This document shows positions 6,473-14,037 of a stretch of DNA of 20,287 nucleotides, in pieces. The position numbers and the translations under genes are program-made. Positions within the stretch are counted from its first letter, which is position 1. Each line of letters opens with the position of its first letter. The notes below the pieces were generated by a model. That model had not been told where the DNA came from and searched no databases. It worked only from the letters and a program-made list of their open reading frames with translations. Source of the DNA: Nanopusillaceae archaeon (GTDB lineage Archaea > Nanobdellota > Nanobdellia > Nanobdellales > Nanobdellaceae); the NCBI GenBank assembly GCA_038735675.1, contig JAVYNJ010000010.1, forward strand, positions 1-20,287, given 5' to 3'.

Positions 6473-6737
6473 ATTAATTAAAAAAATAGAAGAAAGTATA
6501 GAATTTTATAATTTTACTAGAGGTTCTGAATCTCAGGCGAAGATAATAAAATTGGATATGACCAAAAAGGAAATTTATATAGAATTTAAAGGAAGCTTTT
6601 GTCATACATGTGGTGTTAAAGACTGGATTGAAGATATGAAGTATATTTTTATTAAAAATGGAATTAAATCAGAATTACTTGATATTGAAGAAAAATCCGA
6701 GAACATTTTAATTGGAAAATTTAAAATTTTTGTTTAA
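6465..6737 (+). CDS. Small CxxC protein, possibly Nfu/NifU-C-terminal-like; TTG start overlapping the upstream gene by 8 nt
   Basis: The pattern IKKIEESIE....G...KIIKLD...EIYIEFKGSFCHTCGVKDWIEDMKYIF loosely follows the Nfu layout (helix, GG..lv.vd, v.v.l.GaC.gC, helix). These are the only two Cys. No ATG is available near the N-terminus. Confidence 0.4.
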   Translation: MDELIKKIEESIEFYNFTRGSESQAKIIKLDMTKKEIYIEFKGSFCHTCGVKDWIEDMKYIFIKNGIKSELLDIEEKSENILIGKFKIFV

Positions 6738-6745
6738 TTAAAAAT

Positions 6746-7009
6746 TTACTTAATTAGTAATTTTTTTCTAATCATAATTGATCTAATTATTGTTAAGAAA
6801 ATAATTCCGAAGTTTATAGTATATTTTATAATTTCCGAATAGAACTCAGATAATGATAAATAAATGGAAATATTTGGCCAAAGAAAATGAACTAAAAGAA
6901 TCAATATTATCATGAAAATAAGTGTTTTTATAATATATTTTATTATTTTTAGCGCAGTAAAAACAATTAAAAAAATCAGCAAGATAAATAAAAAAATTTC
7001 CATTTCCAT
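6746..7009 (-). CDS. Small hydrophobic membrane protein (about 3 TM segments)
   Basis: 87-aa ORF made of I/L/F-rich hydrophobic stretches. It fills an otherwise empty 350-nt interval. AT-rich genomes generate such ORFs by chance, so confidence is moderate. Confidence 0.45.
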   Translation of the reverse strand: MEMEIFLFILLIFLIVFTALKIIKYIIKTLIFMIILILLVHFLWPNISIYLSLSEFYSEIIKYTINFGIIFLTIIRSIMIRKKLLIK

Positions 7010-7087
7010 TAATTTTATTAGATTTTTGTTTTTAAAGATTTTTTTAATTTTTTATATTTATTAACGTTTAAATTACATTATTTATAT

Positions 7088-7822
7088 ATGATATCTGATT
7101 ATTTGAAATGGCATATAATTCAAAAAGAAAAAAATTCGAATATGGAAGCTTATTACATACATTGCATTATCGATTATTACAAAGATACTTTAAAGGAAAA
7201 TTATAAATTAGTTCTAGATATTCCATGTGGTAATGGAAGATTAATTCCATATTTAAGATCTTTCGGATATGATGTTTATGGTGTTGATATCTCTGAAGAA
7301 TTAATAAATGAATGTAAAAAGAAGTATCCCGATTTATCGAATAATTTTTTTATTGGTGATATGAGAAATTTTTATTTTTCAAAAAAATTTGATGTTTTGC
7401 TGAATTGGTATTCTTCTTTTGGATATTTTGATGAGAAAGATAATCTAAAAACTATGAAAAATTTTAATAAGTTGTTAAGAACTGGAGGTATTTTAATATT
7501 AGAGGATGTAAATCCAGAAAAGGTGGAAAATCAAAATTTATTTTTTGATTATGGAGAAATAGTGGAGTTTTGTGAAATAAAAGTTGATAAAAATCATAGA
7601 ATATTTTTTGAAAAATATTTTAGGAAAGATGGAAAGAATCTAATATTTTTAGAAGATTTTGTGATAAGAGTAAGACTATATACTTACGAAGAATATAATA
7701 AATTGTTTGAATTGTGCGGATTTAAGTTATTGAAGGCTTATGAATACTTGAGTTTTAGAGAATATAGATCTGATAGTAGTAGGATAGTTTATGTTGCTCT
7801 AAAAGTTGCCGAGACAATGTAA
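7088..7822 (+). CDS. Class I SAM-dependent methyltransferase
   Basis: Motif I VLDIPCGNGRL, acidic motif II YGVDISEE, post-I FIGDM, and GGILILED. Confidence 0.75.
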   Translation: MISDYLKWHIIQKEKNSNMEAYYIHCIIDYYKDTLKENYKLVLDIPCGNGRLIPYLRSFGYDVYGVDISEELINECKKKYPDLSNNFFIGDMRNFYFSKKFDVLLNWYSSFGYFDEKDNLKTMKNFNKLLRTGGILILEDVNPEKVENQNLFFDYGEIVEFCEIKVDKNHRIFFEKYFRKDGKNLIFLEDFVIRVRLYTYEEYNKLFELCGFKLLKAYEYLSFREYRSDSSRIVYVALKVAETM

Positions 7823-7824
7823 AC

Positions 7825-7831
7825 TTTTTTT
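7825..7831 (+). terminator. T7 run 2 nt after the methyltransferase stop codon
   Basis: taa ac ttttttt. This is an oligo-T archaeal terminator candidate. Confidence 0.4.
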
Positions 7832-7855
7832 ATCATCAAAGATTTTCAATTTAGA

Positions 7856-7914
7856 TTAGCGAAATACATATTTTGAAAATATTTTTTAAGTTAGGGAAAT
7901 ATATATTTCTAAAA
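7856..7914. repeat. Imperfect 24-nt direct repeat (20/24 identical), copies at 7856-7879 and 7891-7914; the second copy contains a perfect 14-bp palindrome GAAATATATATTTC (7896-7909)
   Basis: ttagcgaaatacatattttgaaaa versus ttagggaaatatatatttctaaaa, aligned by eye. The palindrome was checked by reverse complement. Confidence 0.5.
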
Positions 7915-8004
7915 GTCAAATTTAACAGAAAATTGTATTTTTTACGAGCCTTAGAAATTTATTTATTATTATATAATTATATATTGCTTAAAATAGTAGG
8001 ATTT

Positions 8005-8030
8005 TGTCGGATAATGTTCGTTATCTGACA
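8005..8030 (+). other. 10-bp-stem hairpin / near-palindrome: tgtcggataa-tgttcg-ttatctgaca
   Basis: The arms are complementary except for one position. That position is a G-U wobble in a plus-strand RNA but an A-C mismatch in a minus-strand RNA. Confidence 0.45.
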
Positions 8031-8057
8031 TAAAAATTGCAAATAAAGATACTATTA

Positions 8058-9356
8058 TTAGTATAATAAATTTCTAAACTTTTTTATTTGCTCATAATGA
8101 TTAACAATCGGTTCTATATAATTGCCAATTTTATATTGAATAGGGTTGTGTAAAGCTTTGCAATCTATCTCCTTTAATTCACCTAGGTACTTCTTAATAT
8201 ATTTACAATAAGGATCATACTTTTTCGCTTGTACTATAGGATTGAATAATCTCAAAGGTAAAGGATCTATACCAACAGAGGCGCACCATTGCCAATTTCC
8301 AACGTTTAAAACCTCATCATAATCTATTAAATATTTTCTAAAAAATTTTTCTCCAATTCTCCAATCTACTAATAAATCTTTTACTAAAAAGTTTGCTAAA
8401 ATTAGCCTAACTCTATTATGGATCCAACCTTCTTGTTTTAATTGTTTTATACCAGCATCTACAATAGGATATCCAGTTTTTCCTTCAAAGAAAGATTTAA
8501 TAAAATACATATCATTTTCCCATTTTATATTTCTCATTTTTTTCTTTATTTCTAAGTTTTTCATCCAGGGATACCAAAATCTGATGGAATAATAGTATTC
8601 TCTCCAAGATAACTGTCTTATAAATTCATTAGACTTATCTTTTGCAATATTATATAATTCTCTTATAGAAATAGCCCCTACATTAATAAAGTGAGATAAC
8701 TTAGATGTACCATCTATTCCTGGATAATCTTTAAATTTATTATAATTTTCAAAAATAAACTCTCTTTTTCTTTTTTCCAGCCATTCAAATTTAATGTGCT
8801 CTTCGTTATAGTCGATTAAATTGAATTTTTTTATAAATTCGTGAATATCTAATTCATCTAATTCAGAAAATTTATCATTTTTGATTTCTGGTAAAATGTT
8901 TGAATTTATATCTTTTAACCATCTTTTATAAAAATTAGAAAAATTATATGTTGGTTTAAATTTTCTCGGATCTGTTAAAAAATTATCAAAAAATTTACGG
9001 CATTTAACTTTATATTCCTTACAAATTTCTTCTATTTCTTTGTTTTCTTTTTCTTCAAACCATGATAAAGAATCTGAAAAATATACAGCATCTATCTTAT
9101 ATTTTGAAAATATATTTGCAAGAATTTCTTTTATATCCCCAAAAAATACATGAATTTTTATTTTTTTATTTATTTCTTTTAGTATGTTTAAAATAAATAT
9201 CGTAAATTTATGATTCAAATCTATTTCTCTGTATTTAAAGTAATTTTTGTTAAAAATATAAATGGTAAAAATTTTTTCAGAATCTTTATATGCTTGAAGT
9301 AAAGCCCTATTATCGTAAATTCTTAAATCTCTTCGAAATAAATATAAAGTTCTCAT
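8058..9356 (-). CDS. phr: Deoxyribodipyrimidine photolyase (class I CPD photolyase/cryptochrome family)
   Basis: The N-terminus is LYLFRRDLRIYDNRAL. The FAD-binding region reads WREYYY, TGYPIVDAGIKQLKQEGWIHNRVRLILANFLVKDLLVDWRIGEKFF, LIDYD..LNVGNWQW, and RLFNPIVQAKKYDP. Confidence 0.9.
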   Translation of the reverse strand: MRTLYLFRRDLRIYDNRALLQAYKDSEKIFTIYIFNKNYFKYREIDLNHKFTIFILNILKEINKKIKIHVFFGDIKEILANIFSKYKIDAVYFSDSLSWFEEKENKEIEEICKEYKVKCRKFFDNFLTDPRKFKPTYNFSNFYKRWLKDINSNILPEIKNDKFSELDELDIHEFIKKFNLIDYNEEHIKFEWLEKRKREFIFENYNKFKDYPGIDGTSKLSHFINVGAISIRELYNIAKDKSNEFIRQLSWREYYYSIRFWYPWMKNLEIKKKMRNIKWENDMYFIKSFFEGKTGYPIVDAGIKQLKQEGWIHNRVRLILANFLVKDLLVDWRIGEKFFRKYLIDYDEVLNVGNWQWCASVGIDPLPLRLFNPIVQAKKYDPYCKYIKKYLGELKEIDCKALHNPIQYKIGNYIEPIVNHYEQIKKFRNLLY

Positions 9357-9529
9357 TTATTTATTATATTTTCTAAAAGCACAATTAATATAGCAGATAA
9401 TAAAGAACTCAAAATGTTATATGGTATAAAGAACATAAAAGCCATTAAGTATGGTGCAATAAGATTAAAAGTTATATATATTATCACAGCATAAATAACT
9501 ATCTTAATTAAAGTATTTTTCATATTCAT
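9353..9529 (-). CDS. Small two-TM membrane protein (58 aa, or 56 aa from the second Met); its stop overlaps the photolyase start (ATGA)
   Basis: Below the ORF-track size cut-off. Manual translation gives MNMKNTLIKIVIYAVIIYITFNLIAPYLMAFMFFIPYNILSSLLSAILIVLLENIINK, ending in a TGA that shares TG with the photolyase ATG. Confidence 0.4.
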   Translation of the reverse strand: MNMKNTLIKIVIYAVIIYITFNLIAPYLMAFMFFIPYNILSSLLSAILIVLLENIINK

Positions 9530-9564
9530 AAAGAATTAAAATATTTTAAAAATTAAAAATATTT

Positions 9565-10215
9565 TTAATCCAATTTAGATATTTTAACTAAATATAGACT
9601 TTCTAAGAAAAAATCAATTTTTTCAATTAAAGTAAATTTGTATTTATCAGAAAAATCATTAAAAATTTTTTTAGGATCATTAAAAGAAGACATAATAACC
9701 AATGAAATACCATTTTTATCTAAATGATTCTCTAAATTATTCAAAAATCTTTCTATTATTTCTTTTCCATTTTTACCGCCACAAATCCATCTTTTAATAT
9801 TTTCTTCTTCCTTATCAGTTTCAGGTAGATATGGAGGATTGAATAATATTACATCAAATTTTTCATCGATCTTTTCGAATAAATCTGATAAAATAAATTT
9901 TACCGGAAAATTAAAACTTTCAACAATGTTATAAATTTTTTCTAAGTCCTCTTGTGGATTTATATAATTTAGATAAAAATTTATTTTAGCTAATTTGATA
10001 CAAGCATTATCTATATCCGAAAAAGTAACTTTTTTAGTATATTTATAAGCTTCTAGACCTTGAATTCCAGTTCCACAACCCAAGTCTAAAACTTTTTTAT
10101 TTTTGCAAAATTTTGGAATATATTTATTTAGTAATAGAGAATCTTCTAACGGCGGATAGCATTCTAAATCCTTAATTTTATAATATATTTTTAAATTAGA
10201 AATTTTTATAAACAT
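9565..10215 (-). CDS. HemK/Mtq2-like N5-glutamine (release-factor type) methyltransferase
   Basis: YPPLEDSLLL near the N-terminus, motif I VLDLGCGTGIQG, and the catalytic FNPPY tetrapeptide (DVILFNPPYLP). Confidence 0.75.
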   Translation of the reverse strand: MFIKISNLKIYYKIKDLECYPPLEDSLLLNKYIPKFCKNKKVLDLGCGTGIQGLEAYKYTKKVTFSDIDNACIKLAKINFYLNYINPQEDLEKIYNIVESFNFPVKFILSDLFEKIDEKFDVILFNPPYLPETDKEEENIKRWICGGKNGKEIIERFLNNLENHLDKNGISLVIMSSFNDPKKIFNDFSDKYKFTLIEKIDFFLESLYLVKISKLD

Positions 10216-10244
10216 ATAAGAATTGTAAAAATATAGATATAAAA
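10216..10244. promoter_or_regulatory. 29-nt divergent intergenic region with back-to-back TATA-like elements
   Basis: catATAAGaattgtaaaaatatagATATAAAAatg. A TATA-like element abuts each start codon and lies ~25-29 nt from the opposite start. This fits two leaderless transcripts. Confidence 0.3.
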
Positions 10245-10988
10245 ATGTGGTTTTGGATAACTTTAATTTTATTCGTAGTTTTTATAAGTTTGAGAATAGC
10301 GAATGAATACGAGAGAGCAGTGATCTTAAGATTAGGAAGGTTTATTGATGTAAGAGGGCCAGGATTATTTTTTATAATACCTATAATAGAAAAATCAATA
10401 AAAGTTGATACAAGAGTTCGAACTATAGATGTACCAAAGCAAAAAGTAATAACAAAAGATAATGTAAGCATAGAAGTAGATGCCGTTGTATATTTTAGAG
10501 TTCAGGACCCTGTCAAAGCAATATTAGCTGTAGAGAATTATTACTATGCCACAGGATTACTAGCTCAAACAATATTAAGAGATGTTTTAGGTCAGGAAGA
10601 GTTAGATAATATATTGTCGAAGAGAGAAGAATTAAATGAAAAGTTAAGATCTATTTTAGATAAAGCAACTGATGACTGGGGAATAAAAGTTACTTCGGTA
10701 ACTATAAAAGATATTATTTTACCAGATACATTATTAAGAGCATTAGCAAAACAAGCAGAGGCTGAAAGAGAGAAAAAAGCCAGAATAATAGTTGCAGAAG
10801 GAGAATTAATAGCAAGTAAAACTTTAATAGAAGCTGCAAAGTTAATAGAAAAACATCCAGTTGCATTAAGATTAAGAGAGTTGCAAACGTTAGTAGAAAT
10901 AGCTAAAGAAAAGAATTTAGTTGTAGTAACTCCAGAAAGTTATTTAGGAACATTAGTAGGTATATCTAAAAAAGCTCAAGAAAAATAA
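10245..10988 (+). CDS. SPFH/band-7 (stomatin/prohibitin-homologue) membrane protein
   Basis: N-terminal TM segment WFWITLILFVVFISL, then EYERAVILRLGRF, DTRVRTIDVPKQKVITKDNV.VEVDAVVYFRV.DP, and an ALAKQAEAEREKKARII coiled coil. Confidence 0.9.
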   Translation: MWFWITLILFVVFISLRIANEYERAVILRLGRFIDVRGPGLFFIIPIIEKSIKVDTRVRTIDVPKQKVITKDNVSIEVDAVVYFRVQDPVKAILAVENYYYATGLLAQTILRDVLGQEELDNILSKREELNEKLRSILDKATDDWGIKVTSVTIKDIILPDTLLRALAKQAEAEREKKARIIVAEGELIASKTLIEAAKLIEKHPVALRLRELQTLVEIAKEKNLVVVTPESYLGTLVGISKKAQEK

Positions 10989-11011
10989 TTTTTTTAAAGG
11001 TATAATTTTTA

Positions 11012-11060
11012 TCTGCTTCCGGGTTCTTCATCATTTTATCAGTAGCAATAAACTCTTCAT
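11012..11060 (-). ncRNA. Candidate box C/D sRNA with perfect internal D'/C' boxes and degenerate terminal boxes
   Basis: The minus strand reads ATGAAGA (11060-11054), gtttattgcta (11 nt), CTGA (11042-11039), taaa, ATGATGA (11034-11028), agaacccggaag (12 nt, GC-rich), CAGA (11015-11012). Complementary A/T flanks aattttt / aaaaatt surround it. It starts 6 nt after the stop codon of the upstream minus-strand gene. Confidence 0.45.
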
Positions 11061-11066
11061 AAAAAA

Positions 11067-11477
11067 TTAAATAATATTATAATCTTTAAATTTTAACTCT
11101 TTTATTAAGTAATTTAAAACTTCAAGATTGTTTATTAAAAATAAATGTGATTTATCGTTGCAATCAGAATTTCCAAAATTTTCTATAAAGCTAAAATATT
11201 TTTCAAATTTTTTAGAAATTTTTTCTTCTTCTTTTTTATTAGATTCTTTTATAAATATTTTTCTTATTACAAAATTGTCATTTGTAGTTATATAGTCTAT
11301 ATGCCATTTTAATTTTTTATCTTTCTTTAAATGTCTTAGTATTCTTTTTTCTAAGTTATTCATTGCAGATCCAACATAGATATAATTTCCTTTTTTAAAT
11401 CTAACTTTACCTAATTTTCCAATTTTGATTTCACACTCATTCAAACATTCTAATAGCAAAAGATAAATTCCTCTCAT
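11067..11477 (-). CDS. GIY-YIG nuclease-superfamily protein, DUF123 type
   Basis: GIYLLLL......IKIGKLGKVRFKKGNYIYVGSAMNNLEKRILRHLKK.KKLKWHIDYI matches the remembered DUF123 pattern G.Y.l.......i.vG.lG...f..G.Y.YvGSA...l..Ri.RH.....k..WHIDyl. Confidence 0.8.
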   Translation of the reverse strand: MRGIYLLLLECLNECEIKIGKLGKVRFKKGNYIYVGSAMNNLEKRILRHLKKDKKLKWHIDYITTNDNFVIRKIFIKESNKKEEEKISKKFEKYFSFIENFGNSDCNDKSHLFLINNLEVLNYLIKELKFKDYNII

Positions 11478-11597
11478 TATAAGATTTTTAAATTGGTTTA
11501 GAAAAATATTTATTAATGATCTCCAATTTTCGGTATTGATGAAAAAATTTCTTTAATAAGTAGAGAGCCTACGGTAGAAATTTTAACTTTAGATAGA

Positions 11598-12668
11598 TTG
11601 AAGGAATTATTAGAAAAAAATGAAAAACTAAGACATTATATAGGTTTTGAAATTTCAGGTTTTGTTCATTTGGGGACGGGCCTGATAAGTATGAGTAAAG
11701 TAGCAGATTTTCAAAAAGCTGGAATAGAAACAAATATATTTTTAGCAGACTATCATTCATGGATAAATAAAAAGCTTGGTGGTGATATAGAATTAATAAG
11801 GAAAGTGGGAAGCGGTTATTTTAAAGAAGCTTTAAAAATTTCTTTAAAATGCGTTGGTGGCGATCCTGATAAAACAAAATTTATTTTTGGTTATGAATTA
11901 TATGAAAAATTAGGAATAGAATTTTTTACAAAAATATTGAAAATTTCAATGAATTTAACTTTAACTAGAGCGAAGAAAGGATTAACAATATTAGGTAGAA
12001 AACAAAAAGAAGATATAAGTTTGGCTCAATTGATATATATTCCTATGCAAGTTGCAGATATTTATTCTTTAAATGTTAATATAGCTCATGGAGGATTAGA
12101 TCAGAGAAAGGCACACGTAATTGCTTTAGAAGTCTATGAAGAATTTGGATATAAACCTATTGCTATTCATCATAGATTGCTGACTGGACTACATATTGAT
12201 GAAAATATCAGAAAAAAGATATTAGAAGCAAAAAATAAGGGAGATAGAGATCTTTTTGAAGAAGGAATAGTCGATATAAAGATGTCTAAATCAAAACCAG
12301 ATTCAGCAATTTTTATTCATGATACTGAAGAAGAAATAAAGAATAAAATTATGAAAGCCTATTGTCCTCCAAAAGAAATAGATTTAAATCCTATTTTTGA
12401 AATAGTAGAATTAATTATATTTCCATATTTAGTTAATAAAAATAGAGAATTCGAAATAAAAAATTTAAAAACGGGAGAATTAAGAAAATACAATTCAATA
12501 AATCATCTTAAAGAAGAATATATTTCTGGAAAAATTCATCCATTAGATTTAAAAAATTCAGTTTCCGAATATCTTATAGAACTATTAGAACCTGCTAGAA
12601 AATATTTTTTGGATGGACCAGGAAAAAAATATTTAGAAGAACTAAAAAATTTAATTATAACTAGATAA
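11598..12668 (+). CDS. tyrS: Tyrosyl-tRNA synthetase, archaeal type (coordinates from the first canonical in-frame start, TTG; homology continues upstream to about 11535)
   Basis: [14 protein letters not shown] (HIGH-region variant), [35 protein letters not shown], and [24 protein letters not shown]. These are closely collinear with the M. jannaschii-type TyrRS as I recall it. Confidence 0.88.
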   Translation: MKELLEKNEKLRHYIGFEISGFVHLGTGLISMSKVADFQKAGIETNIFLADYHSWINKKLGGDIELIRKVGSGYFKEALKISLKCVGGDPDKTKFIFGYELYEKLGIEFFTKILKISMNLTLTRAKKGLTILGRKQKEDISLAQLIYIPMQVADIYSLNVNIAHGGLDQRKAHVIALEVYEEFGYKPIAIHHRLLTGLHIDENIRKKILEAKNKGDRDLFEEGIVDIKMSKSKPDSAIFIHDTEEEIKNKIMKAYCPPKEIDLNPIFEIVELIIFPYLVNKNREFEIKNLKTGELRKYNSINHLKEEYISGKIHPLDLKNSVSEYLIELLEPARKYFLDGPGKKYLEELKNLIITR

Positions 12669-12699
12669 CTTTTATTTTTTTCTTTAATAAATTTAATAA

Positions 12700-14034
12700 A
12701 TGAATATTTTTGATAATAGAAGAATCGAAGAGCTATTAAAGAATAGAATTAAAATTTCAGATCTCGAAAGATTAGAATATGATAAAGAGGTTATAGTTTC
12801 AGGATGGATTACTAATATAAAAAACATGGGAAAAATATCTTTTATAGTTTTAAAGGATAAAAGTGGAGAAGTACAGCTAACTTTAAGGGAGGAAAAATTT
12901 AAAAATTTAGATTTTGTAAATAATCTTTCGTTACACACCTTTTTAGTCGTAAAAGGAAAATACGTAAAAGGAATTGCTAAAAAATGGAAAGAAATCGTTG
13001 TAGATGAGATATACGTTCTAGGAGAAATAGCAAAACCTTTACCTATAGAGCCGAGATCTATACTGGAAAAAAGGTTAGATTATAGATGGATAGATTTAAG
13101 AGATGATCGAAATGGATTTCCAATAATTTTAACATCTCAATTTGTTAGGTATTGTAGAGAATTCTTCTATAAAAATAATTTTATAGAAATATTTACTCCC
13201 AAAATATTAGGAACGCCATCTGAGGGCGGTGCAGAAGTATTTGAAATACAATATTTCAATAGAAAAGCATATTTAGCTCAATCTCCGCAATTTTATAAAC
13301 AAATGGCGATAGTATCCGGATTCGATAAAGTTTTTGAAATTTCACATGCATACAGAGCCGAACCGTCTTTTACTACAAGGCATTTGACAGAATTTTTATC
13401 TTTAGATGTAGAAATGGGATATATATCCTCGCATCACGATGTAATGGATGTTTTGGAAAATTTGGTTGTTTATGCTTTAAATAAACTTAAAGAAGAGAAA
13501 GAAGAAGAAATAAAAAAATACTATAATCAAGAAATAAATATTCCTTCGAAAATTCCAAAAATAAAAATGGAAGAAGCCTATGAAATAATTGGTAAAGAAA
13601 ATATAAAACCAAATGGAGATATAACTCCTGCAGGAGAAAAAATTCTTGGAGAATATATTAAAGATACTTATAATTCGGAATTTTTCTTTTTAATCGATTG
13701 GCCATGGGAAGCTAGACCTTTTTATCATATGAAAGGTGAACAAATGAAAAATGGAAAAGAGACAACAAGGAGTTTTGATCTAATATATAGAGGACTGGAA
13801 ATAGCTACTGGAGCTCAAAGAGAGCATAGATATTCTGTTTTGTTAAATCAAATTAGAGAGAAAGGATTAAATGAAAAAAATTTAGAGTTCTTTTTAGAAT
13901 TTTTTAAATATGGTTCTCCAACAATGGGTGGATTTGGATTTGGTATTGAAAGATTTATAAAGCAATTGTTAGGAATAGAAAATGTAAGAGAAGTAGTTTT
14001 CTTACCTAGAGATCCAAATAGAATATATCCATAA
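12700..14034 (+). CDS. aspS: Aspartyl-tRNA synthetase, archaeal/eukaryal type (class IIb)
   Basis: N-terminal OB fold VIVSGWITNIKNMGKISFIVLKDKSGEVQLTL. Motif 2 FRAEPSFTTRHLTEF. QSPQFYKQ. Motif 3 region GLEIATGAQREHRY and GGFGFGIERF. Confidence 0.9.
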   Translation: MNIFDNRRIEELLKNRIKISDLERLEYDKEVIVSGWITNIKNMGKISFIVLKDKSGEVQLTLREEKFKNLDFVNNLSLHTFLVVKGKYVKGIAKKWKEIVVDEIYVLGEIAKPLPIEPRSILEKRLDYRWIDLRDDRNGFPIILTSQFVRYCREFFYKNNFIEIFTPKILGTPSEGGAEVFEIQYFNRKAYLAQSPQFYKQMAIVSGFDKVFEISHAYRAEPSFTTRHLTEFLSLDVEMGYISSHHDVMDVLENLVVYALNKLKEEKEEEIKKYYNQEINIPSKIPKIKMEEAYEIIGKENIKPNGDITPAGEKILGEYIKDTYNSEFFFLIDWPWEARPFYHMKGEQMKNGKETTRSFDLIYRGLEIATGAQREHRYSVLLNQIREKGLNEKNLEFFLEFFKYGSPTMGGFGFGIERFIKQLLGIENVREVVFLPRDPNRIYP

Positions 14035-14037
14035 TTT

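Noticed and set aside
7977-8039. 20-codon minus-strand ORF (MSDNEHYPTKSYYFKQYIII) in the spacer
   Set aside because: It is too short and has no coupling or motif. It overlaps the hairpin, which is better explained as an RNA or DNA structural element.
7823-8057. Replication origin in the long spacer
   Set aside because: I could recognise no ORB or mini-ORB-like repeats (the GTTCCAGTGGAAAC type). No orc1/cdc6 gene is adjacent, and the repeats present are only two imperfect copies.
10196-10471. 91-aa minus-strand ORF spanning the divergent promoter and the SPFH gene start
   Set aside because: It overlaps two well-supported genes, is antisense to the SPFH N-terminus, and has no motif.
11536-11556. 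Programmed -1 ribosomal frameshift on the A-run upstream of tyrS
   Set aside because: The A6 tract is not a good X-XXY-YYZ heptamer in the ATG frame, and I saw no downstream stimulatory structure. A homopolymer miscount or a non-canonical start is simpler. The idea is kept only as a minor alternative in the finding.
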